64,000 nt of DNA. It comes from Paenibacillus sp. Lineage in GTDB: Bacteria; Bacillota; Bacilli; Paenibacillales; Paenibacillaceae. The DNA is taken from contig JAILZT010000001.1 of the NCBI GenBank assembly GCA_023512345.1, positions 290,084 through 354,083 of the forward strand, read 5' to 3'. A program made the position numbers and the translations under genes. The notes under the pieces were generated by a model. That model saw only the letters and a list, made by a program, of their open reading frames with translations. It was not told the DNA's origin and searched no databases. Shown here in pieces: positions 43,338 to 52,049 of this stretch; position 1 is the first letter of the stretch, and each line of letters opens with the position of its first letter.

Positions 43338-44274
43338 CCGGCTTCGCCTCCTTTTTGCCAAATTTCATGAATGAAAGCCCTGTGCTGCCAAGCAGCCCTT
43401 TCGGACGGAAAATCATCATGAGAATTAGAATGGCAGAGTATATAATCATGCGAAGCTCAGGCGTATTCTGTAATGCAGTGAACAGCAGTGTAAGAACGAT
43501 TGCGCCCAGGATCGAGCCCGCTGTACTTCCCAGTCCCCCGAGTACAACCATTACTAGAATTTCAAATGATTTGAGGAAATTGAAGCTGCCCGGATTAATA
43601 ACATAAAACTTATGTGCGGAGAGTCCACCCGCGATCCCGGCAAAGAGCGCCCCGAGTGAAAAGGCAATAACTTTGTAGAGCGTGGTATTGATACCCATCG
43701 CATCAGCAGCAATCTCATTCTCGCGAATCGCGATACATGCCCGACCATGAGAAGAACGGATAAAGTTATTGATCACTACGATGGTTAATAGAGTAAAAAA
43801 GAACATAATCGTCCATGTTGTCTGTGCCGGAATACCACTTAGACCTGAAGCGCCCCCAACATATTCCGTGTTCAGCAGCACAATGCGGATGATCTCACCG
43901 AAGCCGAGTGTTGCAATAGCCAGGTAATCTCCGTTAAGCCGCAAGGTTGGAATACCAATCAACACTCCGAACAGTGCCGCCACAAACCCAGCAATCAGTA
44001 GTGCAAACACTAAAGGAACATCAAAGTTCAAGGTAAGGATAGCCGATACATATGCACCGATGGACATAAACCCAGCATGACCAATAGAAAACTGACCTGT
44101 AATCCCATTTATCAAGTTCAGCGATACCGCCAGCATGACGTTAATACAGACCAAAATCAGTGTGGATTCGGCAACATCATCAAGAACTCCCGTTGTTAGA
44201 AGAATTCGTATGATTCCATAGAGAATCAAGGAAAAGACAATCCCAAACCAGAAGGATTTATTGAGTTTTTTCAT
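43306..44274 (-). CDS. livM: branched-chain amino acid ABC transporter permease (LivM-like)
   Basis: I take the ATG at 44274, 5 nt after GGTGAGGA, as the start. It is a polytopic BPD_transp_2 type protein. Confidence 0.85.
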   Translation of the reverse strand: MKKLNKSFWFGIVFSLILYGIIRILLTTGVLDDVAESTLILVCINVMLAVSLNLINGITGQFSIGHAGFMSIGAYVSAILTLNFDVPLVFALLIAGFVAALFGVLIGIPTLRLNGDYLAIATLGFGEIIRIVLLNTEYVGGASGLSGIPAQTTWTIMFFFTLLTIVVINNFIRSSHGRACIAIRENEIAADAMGINTTLYKVIAFSLGALFAGIAGGLSAHKFYVINPGSFNFLKSFEILVMVVLGGLGSTAGSILGAIVLTLLFTALQNTPELRMIIYSAILILMMIFRPKGLLGSTGLSFMKFGKKEAKPDDVISESSSS

Positions 44275-44286
44275 GCGGATCCTCAC

Positions 44287-45198
44287 CTACACTTTCTCCC
44301 GGACATTTTTACCAAACAGCCCGGACGGTTTAAAGATAAGGATAAGAATCAGTACAGCAAATGCCACACCGTCACGCCATGAGGAGTAGCCCAGAGAAGA
44401 AATTTCCGTCTCTACCGTTCCTAACAACAGTCCACCGACAAGTGCGCCCGGAACACTTCCTATGCCGCCTAGTACAGCAGCTACGAAAGCTTTAAGGCCT
44501 GGCAGAACACCCATCATAGGATCTACAGAATTGTAAGTCATTCCAAAAATTACACCAGCCGCCGCCGCAAGCGCTGAGCCGATAGCGAAAGTAGCCGAAA
44601 TCGTACGGTCTACATTAATCCCCATCAGCCGTGCTGCTTCCATATCATAAGAAACGGCCCGCATAGCTTTACCAATCTTCGTGCGATGTACGATATACTG
44701 CAAGATGATCATTAGTATGACTGTCGTAGCCAATATCATAATTTGATTGGAATCCACTTGAATGGAAGTTCCGAACAGTTGATATTGCTTCTTATTGAGA
44801 ATTTCCGGAAAACCTTTAGCTTGAGGACCAAGAATAAATACACCGCTGTATTCCAGAAAAAAAGATACGCCAATAGCTGTAATAAGTACGGCAATACGCG
44901 ATGCCTTACGAAGGGGCTTATAAGCCAATCGTTCAATTGAGATGCCAAGCAGTGCACTAATCGTCATGGAAATTACAAGTGATATGATCAGGACGATTAC
45001 TGGGGGGAGACCTACCGATGCCAAATATCTGGCACTGAACAGTCCGATAAACGAACCCACCATAAATACATCGCCATGCGCAAAATTAATCAGCTTGATA
45101 ATTCCATAAACCATGGTGTAACCAAGGGCGATCAGAGCGTAAATACTACCTACGGATATTCCGTTAATTAACTGCTGAATGAAGTACTCCATCGCCAT
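44287..45198 (-). CDS. livH: branched-chain amino acid ABC transporter permease (LivH-like)
   Basis: 303 aa. MAMEYFIQQLINGISVGSIYALIALGYTMVYG is the canonical LivH N-terminus. Confidence 0.9.
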   Translation of the reverse strand: MAMEYFIQQLINGISVGSIYALIALGYTMVYGIIKLINFAHGDVFMVGSFIGLFSARYLASVGLPPVIVLIISLVISMTISALLGISIERLAYKPLRKASRIAVLITAIGVSFFLEYSGVFILGPQAKGFPEILNKKQYQLFGTSIQVDSNQIMILATTVILMIILQYIVHRTKIGKAMRAVSYDMEAARLMGINVDRTISATFAIGSALAAAAGVIFGMTYNSVDPMMGVLPGLKAFVAAVLGGIGSVPGALVGGLLLGTVETEISSLGYSSWRDGVAFAVLILILIFKPSGLFGKNVREKV

Positions 45199-45577
45199 CC
45201 CCTTTTCCCCATAATAATCAAAAGCACCCTTTCTTTGTCTTACATTACATCTTTCTTTCTGTATGATGTTATTTATATTAACATAAGAGGTTTTTTACGT
45301 CACTAGGAATTATGGTTTTTTACTAATTTATTCGAATTTTGTGTTAGGTTTAATAACTCTATTGTGTAATGTATGTGTAATGTATATTATATTCTTGTAG
45401 TAATTCGGAGTAAATAGGAGGATAAGATAGATATTCGGAGTTTTCTAAAAAATCAACTTTAAGCCTTTTTCACTACAATGCTTTGTTTTTGTGTAAATAA
45501 TATAACATTTGTCTCTTTAAAGCTTTTATCCGTCAATTAATTAAAGGATTAATACGAAACATATTAATCCTAGACGC

Positions 45578-45604
45578 AAAAAAAAGAGCTCACCGGGAGC
45601 TCTT
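45578..45604 (-). terminator. rho-independent terminator after tRNA-Asn/Ser
   Basis: The minus strand reads AAGAGCTCCCGGTGAGCTCTT followed by TTTTTTTGCG. Confidence 0.8.
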
Positions 45605-45741
45605 GTCTGTTAAACGTATGCAATTGCTAAACGAAGCTTGGGATACTCTTGCTTCGCAAGAGATTGCGAAGTATTCCCTAACGAAGCTTATGCTTCAACG
45701 AACCACTGAGGGTTCTCATCCCTTACAGAGATGTTATTCAA

Positions 45742-45830
45742 CGGAGAGAGAGGGATTCGAACCCTCGCACCGCTTACGCAGTCTAACCCCTTAGCAGAGG
45801 GTCCCCTTATAGCCACTTGGGTATCTCTCC
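45742..45830 (-). tRNA. tRNA-Ser (anticodon GCT), class II
   Basis: The reverse complement GGAGAGATACCCAAGTGGCTATAAGGGGACCCTCTGCTAAGGGGT...GCGAGGGTTCGAATCCCTCTCTCTCCG has anticodon loop CTGCTAA. Confidence 0.9.
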
Positions 45831-45837
45831 AAAAATA

Positions 45838-45913
45838 TGGCTCCCCGAACAGGGCTCGAACCTGTGACAACTCGATTAACAGTCGAGTGCTCTACCAACT
45901 GAGCTATCAGGGA
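45838..45913 (-). tRNA. tRNA-Asn (anticodon GTT), CCA encoded
   Basis: The reverse complement TCCCTGATAGCTCAGTTGGTAGAGCACTCGACTGTTAATCGAGTTGTCACAGGTTCGAGCCCTGTTCGGGGAGCCA folds as a standard cloverleaf. Confidence 0.92.
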
Positions 45914-45938
45914 AAATTTCTACACATGAACTAGAAAT

Positions 45939-45967
45939 AATTTATCATGATTCCCAGGTCTAGTCAA
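45939..45967 (-). promoter_or_regulatory. sigma-A promoter of the tRNA operon
   Basis: Minus strand TTGACT (45967-45962), 17-nt spacer, TAAATT (45944-45939), about 25 nt upstream of tRNA-Asn. Confidence 0.6.
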
Positions 45968-45997
45968 CCTGCTGAAAATGGAAACTTTATCGAGGGT

Positions 45998-46483
45998 CTA
46001 CTCCAAAGTCTGCAGCTTCAGCTTCCCCGCACACTTCCCGCAGCGGTAGCGCTTCGGGTCCACTTTACGCTTGCGCAGATACTCCTCTGTACAAGCTGTA
46101 CATACGAGTTTATATCGATAAGGCAGCGGCTTACGTGCTTTTGCTCCGGGCAGCGTCTGGCAATATCGGCTGCCGCCAACCTGCGCCAGCAGGTTTTTAA
46201 AATCAGCATCTCGATGCTTATAGCCCCTTCTCGCCAAATGCAAATGATAATGGCACAACTCATGTTTGATAATCCGTTCAGTCTCCTCGCGTCCATAGGT
46301 AATCAACTGTTGAGGATTGATCTCTATATTATGGCTTTTCAAAAAATAACGCCCGCCTGTTGAAGACAATCGACTATTAAATGAGGCCTTGTGGCGAAAC
46401 GGCACCCCAAAGCTCTCCTGGGACACCTGCTCGATCCACTGCTGCAGTTCTTCGTTGCTCATACTTTCCATAGTGACTCTCAC
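45998..46483 (-). CDS. SprT-like zinc metalloprotease family protein (Bacillus YdcK-like)
   Basis: 161 aa with HELCHYHLH (HExxH) and a C-terminal CxxC...CxxC ribbon (CTACTEEY...RYRCGKCAGKL). The start codon is uncertain. Confidence 0.85.
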   Translation of the reverse strand: MRVTMESMSNEELQQWIEQVSQESFGVPFRHKASFNSRLSSTGGRYFLKSHNIEINPQQLITYGREETERIIKHELCHYHLHLARRGYKHRDADFKNLLAQVGGSRYCQTLPGAKARKPLPYRYKLVCTACTEEYLRKRKVDPKRYRCGKCAGKLKLQTLE

Positions 46484-46581
46484 AAGTCCTTTCCGCAGAG
46501 AATTAAGATATTTACTTGAATTGTAACTTGCGCATACGCTAAACTGTCAAGAAGGAAGACAAGTACGGAGGGAGAATAACT

Positions 46582-46953
46582 ATGCCGAAAATGCGGTATG
46601 TGATTTTGCAGCAACACCAGGAGCTTCTATTCGTAGAGATGCCAGAGGAATATGCCTATCAGCTCAGCGCACTTAATCTTCGACTGAACAAAGAAATTGA
46701 TAAGCTTACCGCTGATAACGTACCTGTACTACCTTTAGCTGTGGCGGAGTGCGATGCTTTGGAGCTGCTGCGTGAACAATACGTTATGCAATCCGGACTG
46801 GCTTATATCAATGTGCTGGAGCAGGCATTTGCCGGTATTCAGGAAAAGAATTATCCTCTCATTTCCCTGCTGACAGAGATTAGAGCGCTGCAGGCTCAAC
46901 TGGAACAGTGGTACGAAGAGGATGAAGAGAACAAAGAGGCTACTATCCATTAA
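46582..46953 (+). CDS. hypothetical acidic helical protein
   Basis: 123-aa ORF with SD GGAGGGAG 7 nt upstream. No motif recognised. Confidence 0.6.
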   Translation: MPKMRYVILQQHQELLFVEMPEEYAYQLSALNLRLNKEIDKLTADNVPVLPLAVAECDALELLREQYVMQSGLAYINVLEQAFAGIQEKNYPLISLLTEIRALQAQLEQWYEEDEENKEATIH

Positions 46954-46969
46954 ACCGAACCTTTAAGCG

Positions 46970-47013
46970 CCCTCCTCCATATGATATCTGTATATATGGA
47001 TGCCAGAGGAGGG
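46970..47013 (+). promoter_or_regulatory. hairpin pairing an anti-SD (CCCTCCTC) with the SD (GAGGAGGG) of a 39-codon ORF
   Basis: 8 perfect bp (46970-46977 with 47006-47013) plus an inner CATAT/ATATG stem. The SD is 6 nt upstream of the TTG at 47020. Confidence 0.45.
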
Positions 47014-47019
47014 ATACCC

Positions 47020-47139
47020 TTGCCGCAATGGCTCTGTCAACAGCTAATGAAGGCTTATTACAAAAAGGACCGTCGGCAGATTAAGCTTCTGAATGAGTGC
47101 TGGTACTTTTATCGGAATTCCAGCGAGACACATAGCTAG
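47020..47139 (+). CDS. possible 39-aa basic, aromatic-rich small protein (below the ORF-track cutoff)
   Basis: A TTG start after GGAGGG. The peptide is MPQWLCQQLMKAYYKKDRRQIKLLNECWYFYRNSSETHS, and a terminator follows 25 nt downstream. The call is speculative. Confidence 0.35.
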   Translation: MPQWLCQQLMKAYYKKDRRQIKLLNECWYFYRNSSETHS

Positions 47140-47164
47140 GCTTATTCACAATCAGAGAAGCAAT

Positions 47165-47196
47165 AACGGGTACCCTTGTATGAGGGTATCCGTTTT
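47165..47196 (+). terminator. rho-independent terminator
   Basis: ACGGGTACCCT-TGTATG-AGGGTATCCGT followed by TTTTTC. Confidence 0.75.
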
Positions 47197-47339
47197 TCTT
47201 GTGAAGATATACAGCCATTTAACTCCATTTTACTTTCTAAAAGAATTATATTAACTCAACATGTTACTTTTTTCCATAAAGTTCAGTGATCCTGACATTA
47301 ACAAGCCCGTAAAACTAAGGTAAATTGGTATGTAGAGAC

Positions 47340-47355
47340 TTGCAAGCGCTTGCAA
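47340..47355. promoter_or_regulatory. perfect 16-bp palindrome TTGCAAGCGCTTGCAA upstream of the ABC operon (candidate operator)
   Basis: It is self-complementary over all 16 nt and lies 57-72 nt upstream of the ATG at 47412. Confidence 0.4.
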
Positions 47356-47411
47356 CTAGAAGAGTTACCGTAGATCAGACATTTAATTTTATTTGGATTT
47401 GGAGGCAGCTC

Positions 47412-48101
47412 ATGACTGTAGCAACGCATGATATCATACGGGCAACCGGCATTACTCGAACATTCGGCCGGGGCAAAGGCGCTGTCACAGTATTAAAAGG
47501 TGTTGACCTTGTTCTTCCAGCAGGTAAGCTGATTGCTTTCAAGGGAAGGTCCGGGTCAGGTAAAACAACACTAATCAACCTACTGGGTGCACTTGATCAA
47601 CCTACAGAAGGAATTATTGAGTTTAGCGGATGTGACATCACCAAGTTGTCTGACCGCAAACGCGATGAGATCCGGCGCCATGAAATGGGTCTAATCTTTC
47701 AATCATTCGCGCTCATTCCGCTCATGACCGCTTACGAAAATGTGGAGTTTATGCTCCGTATGACGAATTTCCCGACTAAGGAGCGGCAGGCGGCCGCTAT
47801 TTCCGCGCTGGAGCAAGTTGGACTTGGACCTCGCCAGCATCACCGCCCTTTTGAAATGTCCGGTGGTGAGCAGCAGCGGACAGCCATCGCCCGAGCTATT
47901 GCCCACAAACCAAAGCTTATTCTGGCTGATGAACCGACTGCTGAGTTGGACAGCCGAACGGGACTCAGCATTATTAAGGTTTTTCGAGATCTGGTACAGC
48001 AGGGATTATCCGTCATTATTACTACCCACGACCCAGCTATTATGGAGATCGTCGATCAAGTCTATGAATTGGAGGATGGACAAATTGTCGACAAGCACTA
48101 G
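47412..48101 (+). CDS. ABC transporter ATP-binding protein, MacB/LolD-type (ATPase 1)
   Basis: I take the ATG at 47412, 6 nt after GGAGG, as the start. Walker [11 protein letters not shown]-loop, signature [14 protein letters not shown], Walker B LILADEPT. Confidence 0.9.
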   Translation: MTVATHDIIRATGITRTFGRGKGAVTVLKGVDLVLPAGKLIAFKGRSGSGKTTLINLLGALDQPTEGIIEFSGCDITKLSDRKRDEIRRHEMGLIFQSFALIPLMTAYENVEFMLRMTNFPTKERQAAAISALEQVGLGPRQHHRPFEMSGGEQQRTAIARAIAHKPKLILADEPTAELDSRTGLSIIKVFRDLVQQGLSVIITTHDPAIMEIVDQVYELEDGQIVDKH

Positions 48102-49107
48102 ACCCATTACCGCACTTTCAGCTTTGCTGCTGCTAGGCTCCATCTTATCTGGCTGCTCACTTCTGCCCAATGAGGAGCCAGAGCTGAATCCCCCATTGAT
48201 TAAGCCAGCACAAGAGAATTACCGGACTGTCGTCGCAGAAAAAGGGACCATTCGCAAGGAGGTCAATGGCAATGGAAACTTTGTCTCCGAGTCCTCGGAT
48301 ATCGCCCAATACACTGGACAGGGCGGACGGATTGAGGAAATCACTGTGCAGGCGGGCGACCTTGTAAAAAAAGGCGATGTCTTAGTTAAATTGATTCTCG
48401 ATGGTATGGATCTACAGCTTAAAGAGCAGGAACTATCACTCGAAAGGGCCAAATACGCTTATAAGCAGACACCTGCCACGGACAAAGATGCTCGACGAAT
48501 CGCTGGTCTCCAATTGGAGATTGAACGTATCAAGTACGATCGGCTCAAGGAGAATTTTGATAGTAAAGTGATAAGCTCCAAGATGGACGGTAAGGTCACC
48601 TTCGCGGAAGCTTTGAAGGAAGGCGATTACATCGATTCTTATCAGACGCTTGTTATCGTATCTGATCCCACCAAGCTGCGGCTAACCATGACCATCGATT
48701 CGGGAACCAACTTGAGTCACGTGGAGGTCGGCACTAAGGCTGAGGTACAGATGGATAAAGCAACATCAACAGCAAAAGTCGTACAAACTCCAAATTCTGC
48801 ACCCGTTACTCTCAATAAAGAGTTAGCAGAAAAATACTCTAAAACCTTGTATCTTGAGCTGCCTGACCTTCCAAAGGGAGTTGAAATCGGCTCAGGAGCT
48901 AGTATCCGCATTATTACAGAGCAGCGTGACAACATTATCAAAATCCCTAAAAGCGGCCTTCGCAGCTACTTAGGTCGCAACTTCGTCCGCGTATTAGAGG
49001 ATGGCAAGCGACTTCGGGAAATGGATGTTGAGGTTGGCATTACAGGCTCCACCGAGGTGGAGATTATGAAAGGGCTTGAAGAAGGCCAAGTCATAGTACT
49101 TCAGTAA
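48085..49107 (+). CDS. HlyD/MFP-like periplasmic-adaptor-type lipoprotein
   Basis: I prefer the TTG at 48085, 9 nt after GGAGG; an ATG at 48076 is possible. Lipobox GSILSGC, a lipoyl-like motif ITVQAGDLVKKGDVLVKL, a coiled-coil segment and a beta-barrel C-terminus. It overlaps the end of ATPase 1. Confidence 0.75.
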   Translation: MSTSTRPITALSALLLLGSILSGCSLLPNEEPELNPPLIKPAQENYRTVVAEKGTIRKEVNGNGNFVSESSDIAQYTGQGGRIEEITVQAGDLVKKGDVLVKLILDGMDLQLKEQELSLERAKYAYKQTPATDKDARRIAGLQLEIERIKYDRLKENFDSKVISSKMDGKVTFAEALKEGDYIDSYQTLVIVSDPTKLRLTMTIDSGTNLSHVEVGTKAEVQMDKATSTAKVVQTPNSAPVTLNKELAEKYSKTLYLELPDLPKGVEIGSGASIRIITEQRDNIIKIPKSGLRSYLGRNFVRVLEDGKRLREMDVEVGITGSTEVEIMKGLEEGQVIVLQ

Positions 49108-49144
49108 GTAAATCCGCATTGGGCGTTGACGGGGAGGCTCTAGC

Positions 49145-52045
49145 ATGGCCCTTATTACTATGATTATCCGCAAAATGATTAAGAACAAATGGCTGGTAAT
49201 CAGTCTATTTTTAGGAATGGTTATGACTACCGCACTTGTAAGCACCATGCCTATCTATTCCGAGGCGATCCTTTCCCGAATGCTTGTGAAGGATCTGGAA
49301 CAACTTCAATTGGACAAAGCCATATTCCCTGGCACTTATTACACCAAAGTCGCACTTACGAGCGACAACATGGATAAACGACTTCAAATTCTAGGAGATT
49401 TGGACCGATTTATGAATGAGGAAGCCGGCCCAGGATTTCAACTCCCTATACGTGAGTTCGTAACTGAACTGCAGACTGACCTTATGGCTCTAAAAATTGA
49501 AGGTGCGGGCGTGAATAAAAAACTCCTAAAACCAACGGCCTCCTTAAAAACGGCTCGCGGCATTGAGGAGCATGTAACGCTGATTGACGGTCGTCTTCCC
49601 TCCGATAAGCGGGACAAAAGCGGCGTATATGAGGTGATGGTCAACAATCATACGCTTCAGGATCTCGATTTCATTCTCGGAAATACGATCACACTGAATG
49701 ATAAAAAGTTGGACACGCAAATCAAGATCAGACCTGTTGGCGTCTTTGAGAAAAAAAAGGAGGATGATCTCTACTTCCGTGATCCACTCCTGAATGATTA
49801 CAATGGTATATTCGTTATGAACGAGAACCTATTTCAAACGGAACTGGTCACCGAAAAAAAAGTAGCGATGGCTTCTGCTAGCTGGTTTTTTGTGCTTGAT
49901 TACACCCAGATGGAGCTGCGTAAGGTTCAGAATTTCTTGGATACAGATACACTGGTCATTAACACAGTCCATTCCAAAGTCTTATCCTACCAATCTGTTA
50001 TCAATGTTCCCGCCAACAAAGTTATCGAGCAGTATTTCGAGCGTTCACAGCAACTCAGCAAGCTAATGTGGTCTCTCAATATCCCTGTTCTGATTATGCT
50101 CGGGTTCTACATGTTCATGGTCTCCAATCTGATTGTGGATCGGCAGAAAAACGAAATAGCCGTTCTGCGAAGCCGGGGCGCAACCCGCTGGCAGGTCGTA
50201 CTTTCCTTCGCTGTTGAGGGGCTGATTCTTAGTACTGCTGCGCTGCTTGCGGGTCCTTATATCGCTACAATGCTGACCCAAATGCTCGGAGCCTCAAATG
50301 GTTTTTTGCAATTTGTTAATCGTGCCAGCCTTCCGGTACATCTAAGCACCACAGCGTTTGGCTATGCCGCCACTGCCGCCGCTGTCTCTTTCCTGATGAT
50401 GCTTATACCTGTCATCCGTGCGACACGAGTTACTATCGTCGGGCATAAGCAACAGTTAGCCCGGATGCACAAAACACCTTTCTGGCACAAATCATTTTTA
50501 GATATTATTTTACTGGCGATATCTATCTACGGACTTTATAACTTTCGTGACCGGCTGAAGCATTTGCAGGCACTTGGTCTGGGGGCTGATGATCTCAGGA
50601 TTGATCCACTCCAGTTCGTAGTACCTGCTCTCTTCATCGTCGGAAGTGGATTGCTACTGCTGCGGCTTTATCCTCTACTGCTGCGAATAATCTACCGAAT
50701 GGGCCGCAAATGGTGGCCGCCTTCATTATATGCAACACTGATTCAGGTAGGACGCGCCAGCAGCCAGTACCAATTTCTCATGATTTTTCTGATCATTACA
50801 ATGGCTACAGGTGTCTTCAGTGCAGGGGCAGCCAGAACAATCAACAATAACACGGAGGAGCGGATTCGTTATAAGAACGGAGCTGACTTTGTATTGACCG
50901 GTAAGTGGCCAAACGATGCTCCTCCGCCAATCACAGATATGCCTAACGGTGCTGGAGGATCGGCAAGTTCACCGACAACCCTAGCTACCAAGACTATACA
51001 TTACACTGAACCTCCTTTTGATCCATACTTAGAGCTTACCGGTGTTGAACATGCCGCCAAAGTTTTCACCAAAGAGAAGGCTGATTTTACGACCGCAAAT
51101 GATAATGGAACCGCAACGCTGATAGGTATCGATACCGATGACTTTGGTGAGACGACTTGGTTTTCTGACCATTTGCTGAGCTATCCATTTGCTGATTATC
51201 TTAACCTGATCGCCACGGATTCTCGCGCCGTCCTCATCTCTAAGACGCTTGCAGACCAGAAACAGCTGAAACAAGGCGATACGCTCTGGGTAAGTTGGGA
51301 CGATTTCAGCGCGCAGCCATTCATTGTTTATGGAATCCTGCCTTATTTTCCGACGTTTAACCCGAATCCGAGTGCAGGCTCCGTTACTCCAGAAGACTCG
51401 AAAGAGAAAGCTGCCCCTGCACCAATGCTAATTGTCGGGCATTTATCACGGATTCAGCTTCAGCTCGCTTTGGAGCCCTATGATGTATGGTTGAAGATGA
51501 CTCCAGAGTTCTCGACAGCTGACTTCTATAAGAGTATCGAAGATTCCAAGCTCGATCTCACCAGCATTAAGAATACTAGAGAGGAATTAACCCGTGCGAA
51601 AAACGATCCGTTCCTTATGGCTCTGAACGGCATCCTGACCCTCGGCTTCCTAATTTCGATACTGGTTACGTTTGTCGGATTCCTACTTTACTGGATGCTG
51701 TCACTAAAAGGCAGAACGCTGCAAAACGGAATTATGAGAGCAATGGGGCTCTCACTTCGCCAGCTTATTGGCATGCTTGCGTTAGAGCAGCTACTCACCT
51801 CCGGTATGGCTCTCTTCATTGGAGTCATAGTTGGCAATGTGACCAGCCGCCTGTTCGTGCCAAACTTTCAGATTGCCTTTAATCCAAGCAGCCTCGTTCC
51901 ACCGTTCCGAGTGATCTTGGCCTCTGGAGATTTCGCTAGGTTGTACGTGATTGTCGGCTTCACATTACTGCTTGGCCTCGGAATTCTGGGCTTCATGTTA
52001 TCCCGCATCCGTATTCACCAAGCACTCAAACTGGGGGAGGATTAA
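49145..52045 (+). CDS. 966-aa ABC permease with two FtsX-type 4-TM bundles and two large extracytoplasmic domains
   Basis: N-terminal TM segment. The first FtsX bundle is at about aa 300-440 (QKNEIAVLRSRGATRWQV motif). The second is at about aa 850-966 (LKGRTLQNGIMRAMGLSLRQL). The loops between them are ~250-aa soluble domains. Confidence 0.85.
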   Translation: MALITMIIRKMIKNKWLVISLFLGMVMTTALVSTMPIYSEAILSRMLVKDLEQLQLDKAIFPGTYYTKVALTSDNMDKRLQILGDLDRFMNEEAGPGFQLPIREFVTELQTDLMALKIEGAGVNKKLLKPTASLKTARGIEEHVTLIDGRLPSDKRDKSGVYEVMVNNHTLQDLDFILGNTITLNDKKLDTQIKIRPVGVFEKKKEDDLYFRDPLLNDYNGIFVMNENLFQTELVTEKKVAMASASWFFVLDYTQMELRKVQNFLDTDTLVINTVHSKVLSYQSVINVPANKVIEQYFERSQQLSKLMWSLNIPVLIMLGFYMFMVSNLIVDRQKNEIAVLRSRGATRWQVVLSFAVEGLILSTAALLAGPYIATMLTQMLGASNGFLQFVNRASLPVHLSTTAFGYAATAAAVSFLMMLIPVIRATRVTIVGHKQQLARMHKTPFWHKSFLDIILLAISIYGLYNFRDRLKHLQALGLGADDLRIDPLQFVVPALFIVGSGLLLLRLYPLLLRIIYRMGRKWWPPSLYATLIQVGRASSQYQFLMIFLIITMATGVFSAGAARTINNNTEERIRYKNGADFVLTGKWPNDAPPPITDMPNGAGGSASSPTTLATKTIHYTEPPFDPYLELTGVEHAAKVFTKEKADFTTANDNGTATLIGIDTDDFGETTWFSDHLLSYPFADYLNLIATDSRAVLISKTLADQKQLKQGDTLWVSWDDFSAQPFIVYGILPYFPTFNPNPSAGSVTPEDSKEKAAPAPMLIVGHLSRIQLQLALEPYDVWLKMTPEFSTADFYKSIEDSKLDLTSIKNTREELTRAKNDPFLMALNGILTLGFLISILVTFVGFLLYWMLSLKGRTLQNGIMRAMGLSLRQLIGMLALEQLLTSGMALFIGVIVGNVTSRLFVPNFQIAFNPSSLVPPFRVILASGDFARLYVIVGFTLLLGLGILGFMLSRIRIHQALKLGED

Positions 52046-52049
52046 GCAT

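Noticed and set aside
45199-45577. T-box or other leader RNA upstream of the liv-type operon, and a CodY-box-like AGTTTTCTAAAAAAT at 45439-45453.
   Set aside because: No T-box core sequence (AATTAGGGTGGTACCGCG-like) is present on the minus strand. The CodY-like site has 3 mismatches to AATTTTCWGAAAATT in a very AT-rich region, where such matches are expected by chance.
45603-45934. Track ORFs 45603-45794, 45688-45870 and 45731-45934, plus 39071-39253.
   Set aside because: They overlap hand-folded tRNA-Ser, tRNA-Asn, tRNA-Glu and tRNA-Leu genes. They are artefacts of open frames across the tRNA sequence.
47325-52049. N-terminally extended track ORFs (47325, 47818 and 51951 starts) that would imply long gene overlaps in the ABC operon.
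   Set aside because: Internal starts at 47412, 48085 and 52050 have proper SD spacing. They also give canonical N-termini (the ABC beta-strand before Walker A, and a lipoprotein signal peptide). The extensions are read-through of the preceding gene in another frame.
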